Source: Dehalococcoidia bacterium
Lineage (GTDB): Bacteria > Chloroflexota > Dehalococcoidia > Lucifugimonadales > UBA1127
Assembly (NCBI GenBank): GCA_965217675.1
Contig: OZ244559.1
Location: 2,243,216-2,307,215, forward strand
DNA: 64,000 bases
Direction: 5' to 3'
The notes under the pieces were generated by a model. The model worked only from the letters and a program-made list of their open reading frames with translations, was not told the DNA's origin and did not search any database. This document shows, piece by piece, positions 1 through 9,268 of the stretch. Each line of letters begins with the position of its first letter. Within the stretch, counting starts at the first letter, position 1. Both the position numbers and the translations under genes were made by a program.

Positions 1-158
1 GACGGATCGCGGTCCAAGCCGATGACAACGCAGTCCGGTGCGGCGTTGAGGATGGCGACCGTGTGGCCACCCTCGCCCACCGTGCAATCGATATACGCGC
101 CGCCTGGGACCACCTCCAGCGCGTCCAAGACCTCTTTGACAAGGACAGGCGTATGCAC
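1..158 (-). CDS. rsmH: 16S rRNA (cytosine1402-N4)-methyltransferase RsmH, N-terminal 52 codons only (gene continues left of the window)
   Basis: Not in the ORF track (partial and short). My reverse-strand translation from GTG at 158 is [52 protein letters not shown]. This matches the conserved RsmH/MraW N-terminus, including the T-x-G-x-GGH SAM-binding motif and GxDRDP. Confidence 0.75.
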   Translation of the reverse strand, partial: MHTPVLVKEVLDALEVVPGGAYIDCTVGEGGHTVAILNAAPDCVVIGLDRDP

Positions 159-236
159 TGGCTGGGCTCCAGCGTTCTGTGGCGTCACTTTTTAATGTCC
201 CAACTACGAAATCCCCTAGCCTCAGGGCGTGAGGCC

Positions 237-265
237 ATTAAATACCTAGTCGCCAAGCTTGTCAA
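237..265 (-). promoter_or_regulatory. Candidate sigma70-type promoter for rsmH
   Basis: The minus strand reads TTGACA (265-260), a 17-nt spacer, then TTTAAT (242-237). It sits in a low-GC intergenic region upstream of the rsmH start. Confidence 0.35.
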
Positions 266-506
266 CCCCTTTTAAAACTTTTTTAGAAATTGTCTCAAAA
301 CTTCACAGAATGTTTCTTCTGGTCCATGTTTAGCTACAAATACTCCTCCTAAACCTGCTCAATTGGACAGGTCCATCCTCCAGTAGAGGCCTTTTATGCG
401 TAATAGCTCTGGCCAAGAACCCTTTTCGCATGGCGTCTTGCGGCACCCCTGACAGTGCCAAATGTCGAACAGTCCGACCTATCGACTTCGGGGCGGGCAG
501 GCCCTG

Positions 507-515
507 TGCTATGAT
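507..515 (+). promoter_or_regulatory. Candidate extended -10 promoter (TGcTATGAT) for mogA
   Basis: TG at 507-508 and TATGAT at 510-515, about 19 nt upstream of the ATG at 534. Confidence 0.35.
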
Positions 516-533
516 GGGGACAACCGTCTTAGG

Positions 534-1040
534 ATGGAGGGACAACCCTTGTACACTGTAGCTATTCTGACATCAAGTGACGCTGGATCGCAAGGGCAAC
601 GTGACGACACAAGCGGGCAGTCCGCCTCCGAAATGGCTACGGCTGCGGGGTTCAATGTCACAATTCGCGAGGTCGTGCCCGACGACTATGAAACCATCGT
701 CGACCGGCTGACGCGGTGGTCGGAGCAGGTCAACGTCATCCTGACGACGGGCGGCACGGGGTTCGGACCTCGCGACGTAACACCGGAGGCGACGCGGGCA
801 GTGGTCGAGCGGCTGGCCCCGGGACTCTCCGAGATCATGCGGTACAAGACGTCGGAGTTCACCACGCTCTCCTACCTGAGCCGCGGGGTGTCCGGCACGC
901 GAGGGGGGTGTCTCATCGTCAACCTACCCGGCAGTCCCCGCGGGGTCCAACAGTGCCTGGACATCCTGCTGCCGCTGTTGCCTCACGCGCTGCAGACCAT
1001 GGAGGGCCCGACGCAGCAGCACCCGACAGGGTCCTTGTAG
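534..1040 (+). CDS. mog: MogA/MoaB-family molybdenum cofactor biosynthesis protein (molybdopterin adenylyltransferase)
   Basis: ORF 462..1040. It carries the family signatures ILTTGGTGFGPRDVTPEA and GSPRG. I place the start at the internal ATG 534 (MEGQPLYTVAILTSSD) because the candidate promoter lies inside the longer ORF. Confidence 0.85.
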   Translation: MEGQPLYTVAILTSSDAGSQGQRDDTSGQSASEMATAAGFNVTIREVVPDDYETIVDRLTRWSEQVNVILTTGGTGFGPRDVTPEATRAVVERLAPGLSEIMRYKTSEFTTLSYLSRGVSGTRGGCLIVNLPGSPRGVQQCLDILLPLLPHALQTMEGPTQQHPTGSL

Positions 1041-1184
1041 CCTCTCCGGACTGACAGACGCCGCGTCGCACGGCACAATCGTATGTGCGGACGCCCATAG
1101 CGCGCCCTTCTGGCGCCGGGATGGCCTGGAGGCCTGCCGAGCAGCGCAAACCCCCGCTTTTAAACGCGGTAAAAACGGAGTTTC

Positions 1185-1952
1185 ATGGACATCTCCATCC
1201 TGACCCTCTTCCCTGGCATGTTCGCCGGCCCGCTGGACCAGAGCATTCTGGGTCGCGCGCGTGAGCGCGGGCTCGTCTCCATTTCGCTCCACAACATCCG
1301 CGACCACGCGCTGGACAGGCACCACGTCGTCGACGACTCGCCCTTCGGCGGCGGGCCCGGCATGGTGATGAAGCCGGAGCCGCTGTTCCTCGCCGCGGAG
1401 GCCGTGAAGACCGAGCTCGCCGCACGCCGCGGGGCGTCGGTCGCGGACGCCGCGCCTGTCATCCTGCTCTCGCCGCAGGGGAGGCCGTTCACCCAGGCCG
1501 TCGCGCGGGAGCTGGCGGCGCACACGGCTCTCGTCTTCATCTGTGGGCGCTACGAGGGCGTGGACGCCCGCGTCGAGGAGGCGCTGGCAACCGACGTCAT
1601 CTCCATCGGCGACTACGTCCTCACCGGAGGCGAAATTCCGGCGATGGCAGTCATCGACGCAGTGGTGCGGCTGTTGCCGGGGGTGCTCGGCGACGACACC
1701 TCGGCGGACGACGAGTCCTTCTCCGAGGGACTGCTGGAGGGGCCGACGTACACGCGCCCGGCGGAGTACCGGGGCATGGCCGTCCCCGAAATCCTCCTTT
1801 CCGGCGACCACGGGGCCGTCGCGCGATGGCGTCGGCGGCAGGCGCTGCTGCGCACGTACCTTCGCCGCCCGGACCTGCTCGCGAGCGCGGACCTCACGGA
1901 CGCGGACCGCGCCTACCTGCGTGAGCTGGAACAGGGCGGGGCGCAGCAGTAA
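1185..1952 (+). CDS. trmD: tRNA (guanine37-N1)-methyltransferase
   Basis: ORF 1185..1952. [13 protein letters not shown]...[17 protein letters not shown]...[12 protein letters not shown] is a canonical TrmD sequence. An ACGGAG RBS lies upstream. Confidence 0.95.
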   Translation: MDISILTLFPGMFAGPLDQSILGRARERGLVSISLHNIRDHALDRHHVVDDSPFGGGPGMVMKPEPLFLAAEAVKTELAARRGASVADAAPVILLSPQGRPFTQAVARELAAHTALVFICGRYEGVDARVEEALATDVISIGDYVLTGGEIPAMAVIDAVVRLLPGVLGDDTSADDESFSEGLLEGPTYTRPAEYRGMAVPEILLSGDHGAVARWRRRQALLRTYLRRPDLLASADLTDADRAYLRELEQGGAQQ

Positions 1953-2007
1953 GGACGCGGCAACCCGCCCGCCTTCCGCGTAGAATCCCCCACCGCCACG
2001 GGGTATC

Positions 2008-4734
2008 ATGCACGCAATCCCCTCCAAAGGACGATGCTGGGCGTATATGGCGCGTTCACCAAGCAAGCAGCGCAGTAATAAGGCTGAGGACGCCGTCAAC
2101 GGCGACAGTGCTGCTGCGCCTGCCGTGACCCCCCTGCGCCGGCAGTACCTCGAGGTGAAGGCGCGCCACCCGGACGCCATCGTCCTCTTCCGCCTCGGCG
2201 ACTTTTACGAAACCTTCGACGAGGACGCGCGCACGGCAGCGGCGGAGCTCGACATCGTGCTGACGGGCCGGGACATGGGCAAGGGACAGCGGGTGCCGAT
2301 GGCCGGCGTGCCTGCGCACTCGCTGGAGGGGTACTTGGCACGACTCATCCGGCGCGGCTACAAGGTGGCCATCTGCGAGCAGGTCAGCGAGCCCGTGGCC
2401 GGCGGCGGATTGGTGGACCGCGACGTGGTGCGCGTGGTCACCCCCGGGACGGTGGTGGAGCCGGGCCTGCTGGACGAGCGGGCCAACAACTTCATCGCGG
2501 CTGTGGCGCTGCAGGGGGACCTCGCCGGGCTGGCCTACGCCGACATCACCACGGCCGAGTTCGCCACGGCGCAGGTGCCGCTGCTCACCCTGCCGCTGGA
2601 GCTGGAGCGCCTCGGCCCCGCGGAGCTGCTGGTCCCGGAGGAGCTGGACGCCGAGAGCATCCTCGGGTCGCTGAAGCGGCCGCAGGGCGACGATGGCGGT
2701 CCCACCGTCACGCCAATCGCTGATGCGCTGTCCCGGCTCGCGACGGCGCGGCGCACGCTGCTGGAGCACTTCGGCGTCACCTCACTGGAGGCCTACGGCT
2801 GCGAGGGCATGCCGCTGGCGGTCCGGGCTGCGGGCGCACTGCTTGCCTACCTGCAGGACACGCAAAAGGGCAACGTCGGGCAGATCACGGCGCTCCGCAC
2901 CTACTCGCCGGAACGGTACATGGTGCTGGACTACCAAACGCGCCGAAACCTGGAACTGTTCCGGGCAGGCCGCTTCGGGGGCGGCACTGCGCTGCTGGAC
3001 GTGCTCGACTACACGAAAACGCCCATGGGCGGGCGCCTCCTGCGGCGGTGGATGGGACAGCCGCTGCTGAACCGCGACGAACTGGAGCGCCGGCTCGACG
3101 CCGTGGCGTGGTTCCACGCGAGCAGCATCAGGAGGGAAAACACCGCGGCGCTGCTCGGCGGCATGAGCGACCTGGAGCGGCTGGTGAACCGGGTGACCGC
3201 CGGCAACGCGACTCCCCGCGAGGTGGTGTCGATGCGCCGCAGCTTGGAGGCGGTGCCCGCCATGCTCGACCTGCTGGCGGAGGGCGAAGCCGCCGTCGGC
3301 TGGCTGCGCGGCGACATGCACCCGTGCGAGGACGTCGTCGCGGTCATCGCGCAGGCCGTGAACGACGACGCGGTGTCGATGAGCGGCCACGAGGGCGTCG
3401 TGCGGCCCGGGTTCTCGGAGGAGCTGGACAACCTGCGAACGGCGTCGCGGGACGCGAAGGAGTACATCGCCGGACTGGAGCGGCAGGAGCGCGAGCGGTC
3501 GGGCATCGGGTCGCTCAAGGTGGGCTACAACAAGGTCTTCGGCTACTACCTGGAGGTGTCCAACTCGAACCTCGCGCGGGTGCCTGAGGAGTACATCCGG
3601 CGGCAGACGCTGGTAAACGCCGAGCGGTACATCACGCCGGAACTCAAGGAGTTCGAGGCGCTGATCCTGAACGCGGAGGAGCGGCTGGAGGAGCTGGAGA
3701 GCGCCATCTTCCGACAGGTGTGCCGTCAGGTGGCGAACGAGGCTTCCCGCATCCTGCAGACGGCGTCGGCGGTGGCGCAGGTGGACCTCTTCCGCGGCCT
3801 GGCGGAGGCGGCTTCGCGCAACGGCTACGTCCGCCCGGAGTTCGCGGAGGACGGTGTGCTGGAGATCACGGCGGGCCGGCACCCGGTGGTCGAGCACGTT
3901 GTCGGCGCGGGGGCCTTCGTGCCCAACGACACGTCGCTGGGTCAGGCGGGAGCGTCGCTGATGGTGCTGACGGGGCCCAACATGGCGGGGAAGTCGACGT
4001 ACATCAGGCAGGTGGCGCTCATCGTGCTGATGGCGCAGGTGGGCAGCTTTGTGCCGGCGGACGCGGCGCGCATGGGCATCGTCGACCGCATCTTCACCCG
4101 CGTCGGGCTGCAGGACGACCTGGCGACGGGGCAGTCGACGTTCATGGTCGAGATGGTGGAGACCGCCGCCATCCTGCACCACGCGACGTCGCAGTCGCTT
4201 GTTGTGCTGGACGAGATTGGCCGGGGCACGAGCACCTACGACGGGCTGGCCATCGCCCGCGCTGTCGCCGAGTACCTGCACAGCCACCCTCGGCTGGGGT
4301 GCAAGACGCTCTTCGCGACGCACTACCACGAGCTGACGGCGCTGGCCGACTACCTGCCCAACGTCGTGAACTACAACGTCTCCGCCGTGGAGGCCGACGG
4401 GCAGGTGACGTTCCTGCACCGCATCGTGCCGGGGGGTGCGGACCGCAGCTACGGCGTATACGTGGCGAGGCTCGCGGGGCTGCCGCAGCCTCTGGTGAAC
4501 CGTGCCCGCGAGCTGCTGGCGGAGCTGGAGGCGGACGACGCACCTCATCGCGGGGGGCGCGCGCGGGCGTCGACGACCCCGTCCGCGCAGCTCTCGCTGC
4601 TGCCGCCGCCGGACGACGGCCTCCGCGACGCGGTGCTCGGGCTGGACATCACGGAGATGACGCCGCTGGAGGCGCTGAACAAGCTGTACGCGTTGCAGCA
4701 GCAGGCGCGGGAGTCGCGCGACGGTTCACCGTAG
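2008..4734 (+). CDS. mutS: DNA mismatch repair protein MutS
   Basis: ORF 2008..4734 (908 aa). TPLRRQYLEVKARHPDAIVLFRLGDFYETF is the mismatch-binding domain, GPNMAGKSTY is the Walker A motif, and STFMVEM and DEIGRGTSTYDG are also present. An alternative start exists at ATG 2047. Confidence 0.95.
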   Translation: MHAIPSKGRCWAYMARSPSKQRSNKAEDAVNGDSAAAPAVTPLRRQYLEVKARHPDAIVLFRLGDFYETFDEDARTAAAELDIVLTGRDMGKGQRVPMAGVPAHSLEGYLARLIRRGYKVAICEQVSEPVAGGGLVDRDVVRVVTPGTVVEPGLLDERANNFIAAVALQGDLAGLAYADITTAEFATAQVPLLTLPLELERLGPAELLVPEELDAESILGSLKRPQGDDGGPTVTPIADALSRLATARRTLLEHFGVTSLEAYGCEGMPLAVRAAGALLAYLQDTQKGNVGQITALRTYSPERYMVLDYQTRRNLELFRAGRFGGGTALLDVLDYTKTPMGGRLLRRWMGQPLLNRDELERRLDAVAWFHASSIRRENTAALLGGMSDLERLVNRVTAGNATPREVVSMRRSLEAVPAMLDLLAEGEAAVGWLRGDMHPCEDVVAVIAQAVNDDAVSMSGHEGVVRPGFSEELDNLRTASRDAKEYIAGLERQERERSGIGSLKVGYNKVFGYYLEVSNSNLARVPEEYIRRQTLVNAERYITPELKEFEALILNAEERLEELESAIFRQVCRQVANEASRILQTASAVAQVDLFRGLAEAASRNGYVRPEFAEDGVLEITAGRHPVVEHVVGAGAFVPNDTSLGQAGASLMVLTGPNMAGKSTYIRQVALIVLMAQVGSFVPADAARMGIVDRIFTRVGLQDDLATGQSTFMVEMVETAAILHHATSQSLVVLDEIGRGTSTYDGLAIARAVAEYLHSHPRLGCKTLFATHYHELTALADYLPNVVNYNVSAVEADGQVTFLHRIVPGGADRSYGVYVARLAGLPQPLVNRARELLAELEADDAPHRGGRARASTTPSAQLSLLPPPDDGLRDAVLGLDITEMTPLEALNKLYALQQQARESRDGSP

Positions 4735-4736
4735 GT

Positions 4737-4752
4737 GCGATTCGCGAATCGC
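4737..4752. repeat. Dispersed repeat family C: perfect 16-nt palindrome GCGATTCGCGAATCGC
   Basis: It lies directly after the mutS stop. The same palindrome recurs at 48766-48781, and with one change at 49043-49058. Confidence 0.8.
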
Positions 4753-4821
4753 CTGCTCCCGCCCTTGCCCTCGCTATTGCGACCATTGAACATGTCTGGG
4801 AAAACGTAGAAGGAGAAAGCC

Positions 4822-5256
4822 ATGACGCAGTACATACCTTCACCCACGGACTGGGTGCGCGAGCAAGTGGAGCTCTATGAAGGCAGCGGCGGCAAGGAAG
4901 GCACGACGCTGCGGGAAACGGGCATGCCGGTCATCATCGTCACGAACGTCGGGAACAAGACCGGCGGCATCCGCAAGACCCCGCTCATGCGCGTCAAGGA
5001 TGGCGACAACTACGTCCTCGTAGGCTCGCGGGGCGGCGCGCCGAAACACCCGGTGTGGGTCTACAACCTGCGCGCCAACGGCGACGTCGAAATCCGGGAC
5101 ATGGCCGAGGTCCAAAGCATGCGCGTCCGTGAAGTCGATGACGACGCGGAACGGTCGCAGCTATGGGCGCTCGCCGTGGAGGCCTACCCGCCCTATGCGG
5201 AGTACCAGACCAGGACGTCGCGGCTGATACCGGTGTTCCTCGCGGAGCCTGCGTAG
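4822..5256 (+). CDS. Deazaflavin (F420)-dependent nitroreductase family protein (DDN/DUF385-like)
   Basis: ORF 4822..5256. The pattern IIVTNVGNKTGGIRKTPLMRVKDGDNYVLVGSRGGAPKHPVWVYNLRANGDVEI is typical of the DDN/PNPOx-like family. A GAAGGAGA RBS is present. Confidence 0.8.
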   Translation: MTQYIPSPTDWVREQVELYEGSGGKEGTTLRETGMPVIIVTNVGNKTGGIRKTPLMRVKDGDNYVLVGSRGGAPKHPVWVYNLRANGDVEIRDMAEVQSMRVREVDDDAERSQLWALAVEAYPPYAEYQTRTSRLIPVFLAEPA

Positions 5257-5375
5257 GGGAGTGGCTGGCAGACTAGATGTAGGGACGACGGAGAACCGGC
5301 CGTTCCCCTCCTTCTGCAGCCTCAGGACAGGCCTCGATTTCCCTCAGGCCGTACGGGGCTGTTGACGGAAGGCAA

Positions 5376-5384
5376 TGGTATAAT
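5376..5384 (+). promoter_or_regulatory. Candidate extended -10 promoter (TGgTATAAT) for glpX
   Basis: TG at 5376-5377 and TATAAT at 5379-5384, about 30 nt upstream of ATG 5416. Confidence 0.4.
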
Positions 5385-5415
5385 CCCTCGTGCCCTACTC
5401 AACCGGAGGTGTGCT

Positions 5416-6411
5416 ATGGCAACCCAGCGTTCCCGTCAACCCATCGAGCGCAACTTGGCCATGGAATTGGCCCGCGTGACGGAGGCCGCCGCTATGGCCG
5501 CCGTCCGCCACATGGGCATGGGCGACAAGGAGCTGGTGGACCAAGCCGCCGTGGACGCGATGCGCTACACCCTGGGCTATGTGCCGATGGACGGCGTGGT
5601 GGTCATCGGCGAGGGCGAGAAGGACGAGGCCCCCATGCTCTTCAACGGCGAGCACATCGGCAACGGGCTGCCGCCGGAGGTGGACATCGCGGTTGACCCC
5701 ATCGACGGCACGACGCTGCTGTCCAAGGGCCTGCCGGGGGCCATCGCCGTGGTAGCCCTATCGGCTCGCGGCACGATGAACGTGCCGGGCAACGTCTTCT
5801 ACATGAACAAGATCGCCGTGGGGCCCGACGCCCGCGACGCCATCGACGTCGAGGCAGGTGTGACCGACAACCTGCGCAACGTGGCGGAGGCCAAGGGGTG
5901 CAACGTCACGGACCTGACGGTGGTGATGCTGGACCGCCCTCGCCACGCGGAGATCCTGGCGGAGGTCCGTGCGGCAGGCGCGCACGTCAAGATGATCTCG
6001 GACGGCGACATTGTCGCGGGCATCCAGGCGGCGCTGCCGGGCACCGGCGTCGACATGCTGCTGGGCATCGGCGGGTCGCCGGAGGCGGTGCTGACGGCCG
6101 CGGCTATCCGGTGCATCGGCGGCAGAATCCTCTGCAAGGCGTGGCCCCGGGACGAGGCCGAGCGGGAACAGGCCATTGCCGACGGCGTGGACCTGGAGAA
6201 GGTGTACGACACCTACGACCTGGTGGGCGGCGAGGATGTCTTCTTCTCGGCGACGGGGGCCAGCACCGGCGACCTGCTCAAGGGCGTGAGGTTCGGCGAC
6301 GGCGGCGCGCAAACGCAATCGCTGGTGATGCGCTCGCGCTCCGGCACCGTCCGGTGGATAGACTCCATCCACGACTTCTCGCGGCTGGACAAGATCCGGT
6401 TTGAGGACTAG
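5416..6411 (+). CDS. glpX: Class II fructose-1,6-bisphosphatase (GlpX type)
   Basis: ORF 5362..6411. LAMELARVTEAAAMAAVRHMGMGDKELVDQAAVDAMR...DIAVDPIDGTT matches GlpX. I place the start at ATG 5416 (MATQRS), downstream of the candidate promoter. Confidence 0.9.
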   Translation: MATQRSRQPIERNLAMELARVTEAAAMAAVRHMGMGDKELVDQAAVDAMRYTLGYVPMDGVVVIGEGEKDEAPMLFNGEHIGNGLPPEVDIAVDPIDGTTLLSKGLPGAIAVVALSARGTMNVPGNVFYMNKIAVGPDARDAIDVEAGVTDNLRNVAEAKGCNVTDLTVVMLDRPRHAEILAEVRAAGAHVKMISDGDIVAGIQAALPGTGVDMLLGIGGSPEAVLTAAAIRCIGGRILCKAWPRDEAEREQAIADGVDLEKVYDTYDLVGGEDVFFSATGASTGDLLKGVRFGDGGAQTQSLVMRSRSGTVRWIDSIHDFSRLDKIRFED

Positions 6412-6420
6412 GGGAGCGCT

Positions 6421-6446
6421 CGTCATTCCGGAGAAAGCCGGAATCC
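6421..6446. repeat. Dispersed repeat family D hairpin (CGTCATTCCGGAGAAAGCCGGAATCC)
   Basis: The inverted repeat ATTCCGG...CCGGAAT has the same architecture as GGATTCCTGCCTTCGCAGGAATGACG at 48859 and 49136, and as related copies at 31147, 31272 and 56500. Confidence 0.7.
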
Positions 6447-6478
6447 AAGGAGTCAGTGCAACCTGAAATAGCTAGAAA

Positions 6479-6514
6479 GAGAAGCGGGCCGCGCATTGCG
6501 GCCCGCTTCTTTTT
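6479..6514 (+). terminator. Rho-independent terminator between convergent glpX and fba
   Basis: A 13-bp perfect stem (AGAAGCGGGCCGC / GCGGCCCGCTTCT) closes the loop GCATT and is followed by TTTTT. Confidence 0.65.
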
Positions 6515-6537
6515 GTGCCTCAGTAAGCCCTTCCCCC

Positions 6538-7575
6538 TTACACGGCGGCGGGTTGGCCCTCCATGGCGGGGCTGTACTTGCCCTGCTGGGCGGCGCTGGT
6601 GAGCTGGGCGCGGTGGTGGAAGGCCGCCTGCGCGGCACCGACGTTCGCCGCCTGGCCGGCCCACGCCTTCAGCGGCGCGCTCTGCAGCCCGCGGCCGAAG
6701 GAGTAGCTGATGGTCCACGGCGCACTGACCTTAGCGGCGTAGACGTTGATGGCGTTCAGGTTCACTGTCGCCTCGTCGTCGCTCTGGCCGCCGGAGAGGA
6801 AGACAATGCCCGGCATCATCGCGGGAATGGTGCGCTTGAAGCAGTCGACGGTCATCTCCCCGACGACCTCTGCGGGTGCGCGGTTCTCGGCGGAGGCGCC
6901 GGAGAGCACCATGTTTGGCTTGAGCAGCATGCACTCCAACTCGACGCCCTGGCGTTCGAGCTGCGCGAAGGTCTCGAGCAGCGTCGCCCTGGTGGCGGCG
7001 TAGCAGGCGTCGATGTCGTGGGTGCCGTCCATGAGGACCTCAGGCTCGACGATGGGCACTAGACCGGCGTCCTGGCTCAGGGCGGCGTAGCGGGCCAGCG
7101 CATGGGCATTGACCTCGATGCAGCGGGCCGTCGGGATGCCCGGGCCGACATTGATGACGGCGCGCCACTTGGCGAAGCGGGCGCCCAACTCGCGGTACTC
7201 GGCGAGTCGAGGGGCCAGGCCGTCGAGGCCCTCGGTCACGAGCTCGTTGGGCGAGCCGACCACGGGCTGTGTGCCCTTGTCGACCTTGATGCCGGGGATG
7301 ATGCCGCGGCTGGAGAGCACCTGCACCAGCGGGGTGCCGTCGGCGCCGTTCTGCCGGATGGTCTCGTCGTAGAGGATGACACCGCTGACATAGGCGTCGA
7401 CGCCGATCGTGCGGAAGAGCATCTCGCGGTAGTCGCGGCGGTTCTCCTCGGTGCTCTCGGCGTTGATGGAGTCGAATCGACGCTTGATTGTGCCGGAGCT
7501 TTCGTCGGCGGCGAGGATGCCCTTGCCGGGGGCGACGAGGGCCTTGGCGGTGGCGGCAAGCTTGGCGATGTCCAT
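6538..7575 (-). CDS. fba: Class I fructose-bisphosphate aldolase (eukaryotic-type glycolytic aldolase family)
   Basis: ORF 6538..7575 (345 aa). GKGILAADESSGTIKRRF and the LKPNMV region with the active-site Lys are present. An AGGAGG RBS is present. Confidence 0.9.
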   Translation of the reverse strand: MDIAKLAATAKALVAPGKGILAADESSGTIKRRFDSINAESTEENRRDYREMLFRTIGVDAYVSGVILYDETIRQNGADGTPLVQVLSSRGIIPGIKVDKGTQPVVGSPNELVTEGLDGLAPRLAEYRELGARFAKWRAVINVGPGIPTARCIEVNAHALARYAALSQDAGLVPIVEPEVLMDGTHDIDACYAATRATLLETFAQLERQGVELECMLLKPNMVLSGASAENRAPAEVVGEMTVDCFKRTIPAMMPGIVFLSGGQSDDEATVNLNAINVYAAKVSAPWTISYSFGRGLQSAPLKAWAGQAANVGAAQAAFHHRAQLTSAAQQGKYSPAMEGQPAAV

Positions 7576-7754
7576 GTTCAGCCTCCTTTGCGACGCTTAC
7601 GCGCGAATAGACAACGGGATGGAAGTCGCCCCTATCATACCCCAAAATCTCCTGGGTGCGTTGGCGCAGCGACGAGATATTTCAGTGGTGGGTGCGCCCG
7701 CGCGAGGTGTAAGGCGTGATACGCTGACTGCAGCCCATCGAGAACGGAGGCCCC

Positions 7755-8291
7755 ATGACGACCAGAGAGGAAACCCTCTACTTGCACCGCTACGAGAGCC
7801 CGCTGGGGGTCTACATCCTGGTGAGCTCCGATGAGGGCCTTGCGTGCGTGAAGCCGGAGGAACAGTCCTTCCCGGACCTCGACAAGTGGGAGCGGCAGGG
7901 CGCGCGATTCGAGGAGGGCGGCGCATACAACGCGCAGGCCGCCGCGCGGCTCGACGCCTACTTTGCGGGCGATCTGACGGAGTTCGACGTACCGCTGGAC
8001 ATGCGCGGGACACCCTTTCAGCGCCGCGTGTGGCAGGAGCTGACGACCATCCCCTACGGCCAAACGCGCTCCTACGGCGAGGTGGCGGCCGGCATCGGGA
8101 TGCCCACGGCGAGCCGGGCCGTGGGGAGCGCCAACGGCAGCAACCCGGTCTCGATCATCGTGCCGTGCCACCGGGTCATCGGCTCGAGCGGCAAGCTCGT
8201 GGGCTACGGCGGCGGGCTGCACCGCAAGGATGCGCTGCTGTCGCTGGAGACACGCGGCAACGGCAAAACGCTGGCGATGCCGGGGCTCTAG
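7755..8291 (+). CDS. ogt: Methylated-DNA--protein-cysteine methyltransferase
   Basis: ORF 7755..8291. It contains the active-site motif IIVPCHRVIGSSG and TPFQRRVWQEL. Confidence 0.9.
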   Translation: MTTREETLYLHRYESPLGVYILVSSDEGLACVKPEEQSFPDLDKWERQGARFEEGGAYNAQAAARLDAYFAGDLTEFDVPLDMRGTPFQRRVWQELTTIPYGQTRSYGEVAAGIGMPTASRAVGSANGSNPVSIIVPCHRVIGSSGKLVGYGGGLHRKDALLSLETRGNGKTLAMPGL

Positions 8292-8305
8292 GGGGCGCGG
8301 ATCCA

Positions 8306-9259
8306 CTAGCTCGGCAGCCGCGCACCGACGAAGTCCGTGTGCCCTCGCAGGAACGACGCAGCATCGGCGGCCCGCCGACCCTCAAGCTGCAGGTTCAGCA
8401 GGCCCAGCACGCCGTCGCCCGTGACGACCCCGATGGGCGCCGGCGCATGCTCCAGCGCGACGACCGTGCCCGGCGGCGCCCCGCCCCCCTCTGCGCTCGC
8501 TAGCAGCGCAATCGAGCGGAGCACCTTGAGCGTCGCGCCGTGCCACGTCGTGAACGCGCCCGGCCACGGGTCCATCGCCCGCACTAGGTTGTGGAGTTGC
8601 GCAGCGGAGCGGGTGAAGTCGAGCGCCCCGTCGGCCTTCTCCAGCTTCCGGCTGTACGTCGCCCTGCTCTCGTCCTGCGGCTCCGCGTCGATGCGACCGT
8701 CGGCCCACGCCGGCAGGATGCTCGCCAGCAGCTCACCGCCGCGTTCAAACAGGCGCGCCGTGAGGGCGCCGGCGGTGTCGTCGTCCGGGATAACGTGTTC
8801 CTCCTGCGCCACCACGGGGCCGGTGTCGGTGCCCTCGTCCAGCAGCATGACGCTGACCCCGGTGACGGCGTCGCCCTGCAGGATTGCCTCGGCGACGGGC
8901 GAGGGGCCTCGGTGGCGGGGCAGCAGCGAGGGGTGGACGTTCAGGCACCCGTGGGGCGCCACGTTCAGCAGCAGCGGCGGCAGGATACGGCCGTAGGACG
9001 CGACAACCATCGCGTCGGGCGCGAAGAGGGCGAGCTGCTCGGCAATCTCCGGCGTGCGCAGCGACGGGGGTTGGAGCACGGGGACGCCGTGCTCGCGCGC
9101 CCAGAGGGCTATTGGCGGCGAGGACAAGCCCCGGCCGCGGCCGGCGGGGCGGTCAGGTTGCGTGACCACCGACGCGACCTCATAACCTGCGCCAAAGAGG
9201 GTTGACAACACCGGCACGGCATAACCAGGCGTCCCGAGGAAAACTAATCGCACGGTCAT
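8306..9259 (-). CDS. fmt: Methionyl-tRNA formyltransferase
   Basis: ORF 8306..9268. MTVRLVFLGTPGYAVP..., HPSLLPRHRGPSP and a C-terminal Fmt domain are present. I prefer the ATG at 9259 over the TTG at 9268. Confidence 0.9.
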   Translation of the reverse strand: MTVRLVFLGTPGYAVPVLSTLFGAGYEVASVVTQPDRPAGRGRGLSSPPIALWAREHGVPVLQPPSLRTPEIAEQLALFAPDAMVVASYGRILPPLLLNVAPHGCLNVHPSLLPRHRGPSPVAEAILQGDAVTGVSVMLLDEGTDTGPVVAQEEHVIPDDDTAGALTARLFERGGELLASILPAWADGRIDAEPQDESRATYSRKLEKADGALDFTRSAAQLHNLVRAMDPWPGAFTTWHGATLKVLRSIALLASAEGGGAPPGTVVALEHAPAPIGVVTGDGVLGLLNLQLEGRRAADAASFLRGHTDFVGARLPS

Positions 9260-9268
9260 TTCCACCAA

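Noticed and set aside
330-545. ORF 330..545 (minus, 71 aa) as MraZ upstream of rsmH
   Set aside because: The sequence has none of the MraZ/SpoVT-AbrB features. It overlaps the mogA promoter and start and lies in a region that reads as non-coding.
924-2180. Long antisense or off-frame ORFs, for example 924..2180, 2782..4548, 9681..11201, 11150..12241, 15001..16509, 24305..26122, 26749..27723, 41856..43262, 45272..46756, 57917..59302, 59251..60441 and 61063..62652
   Set aside because: They are typical high-GC artefacts: Arg/Ala/Gly/Pro-rich translations without motifs. Each lies opposite to or overlaps a gene with unambiguous family signatures.
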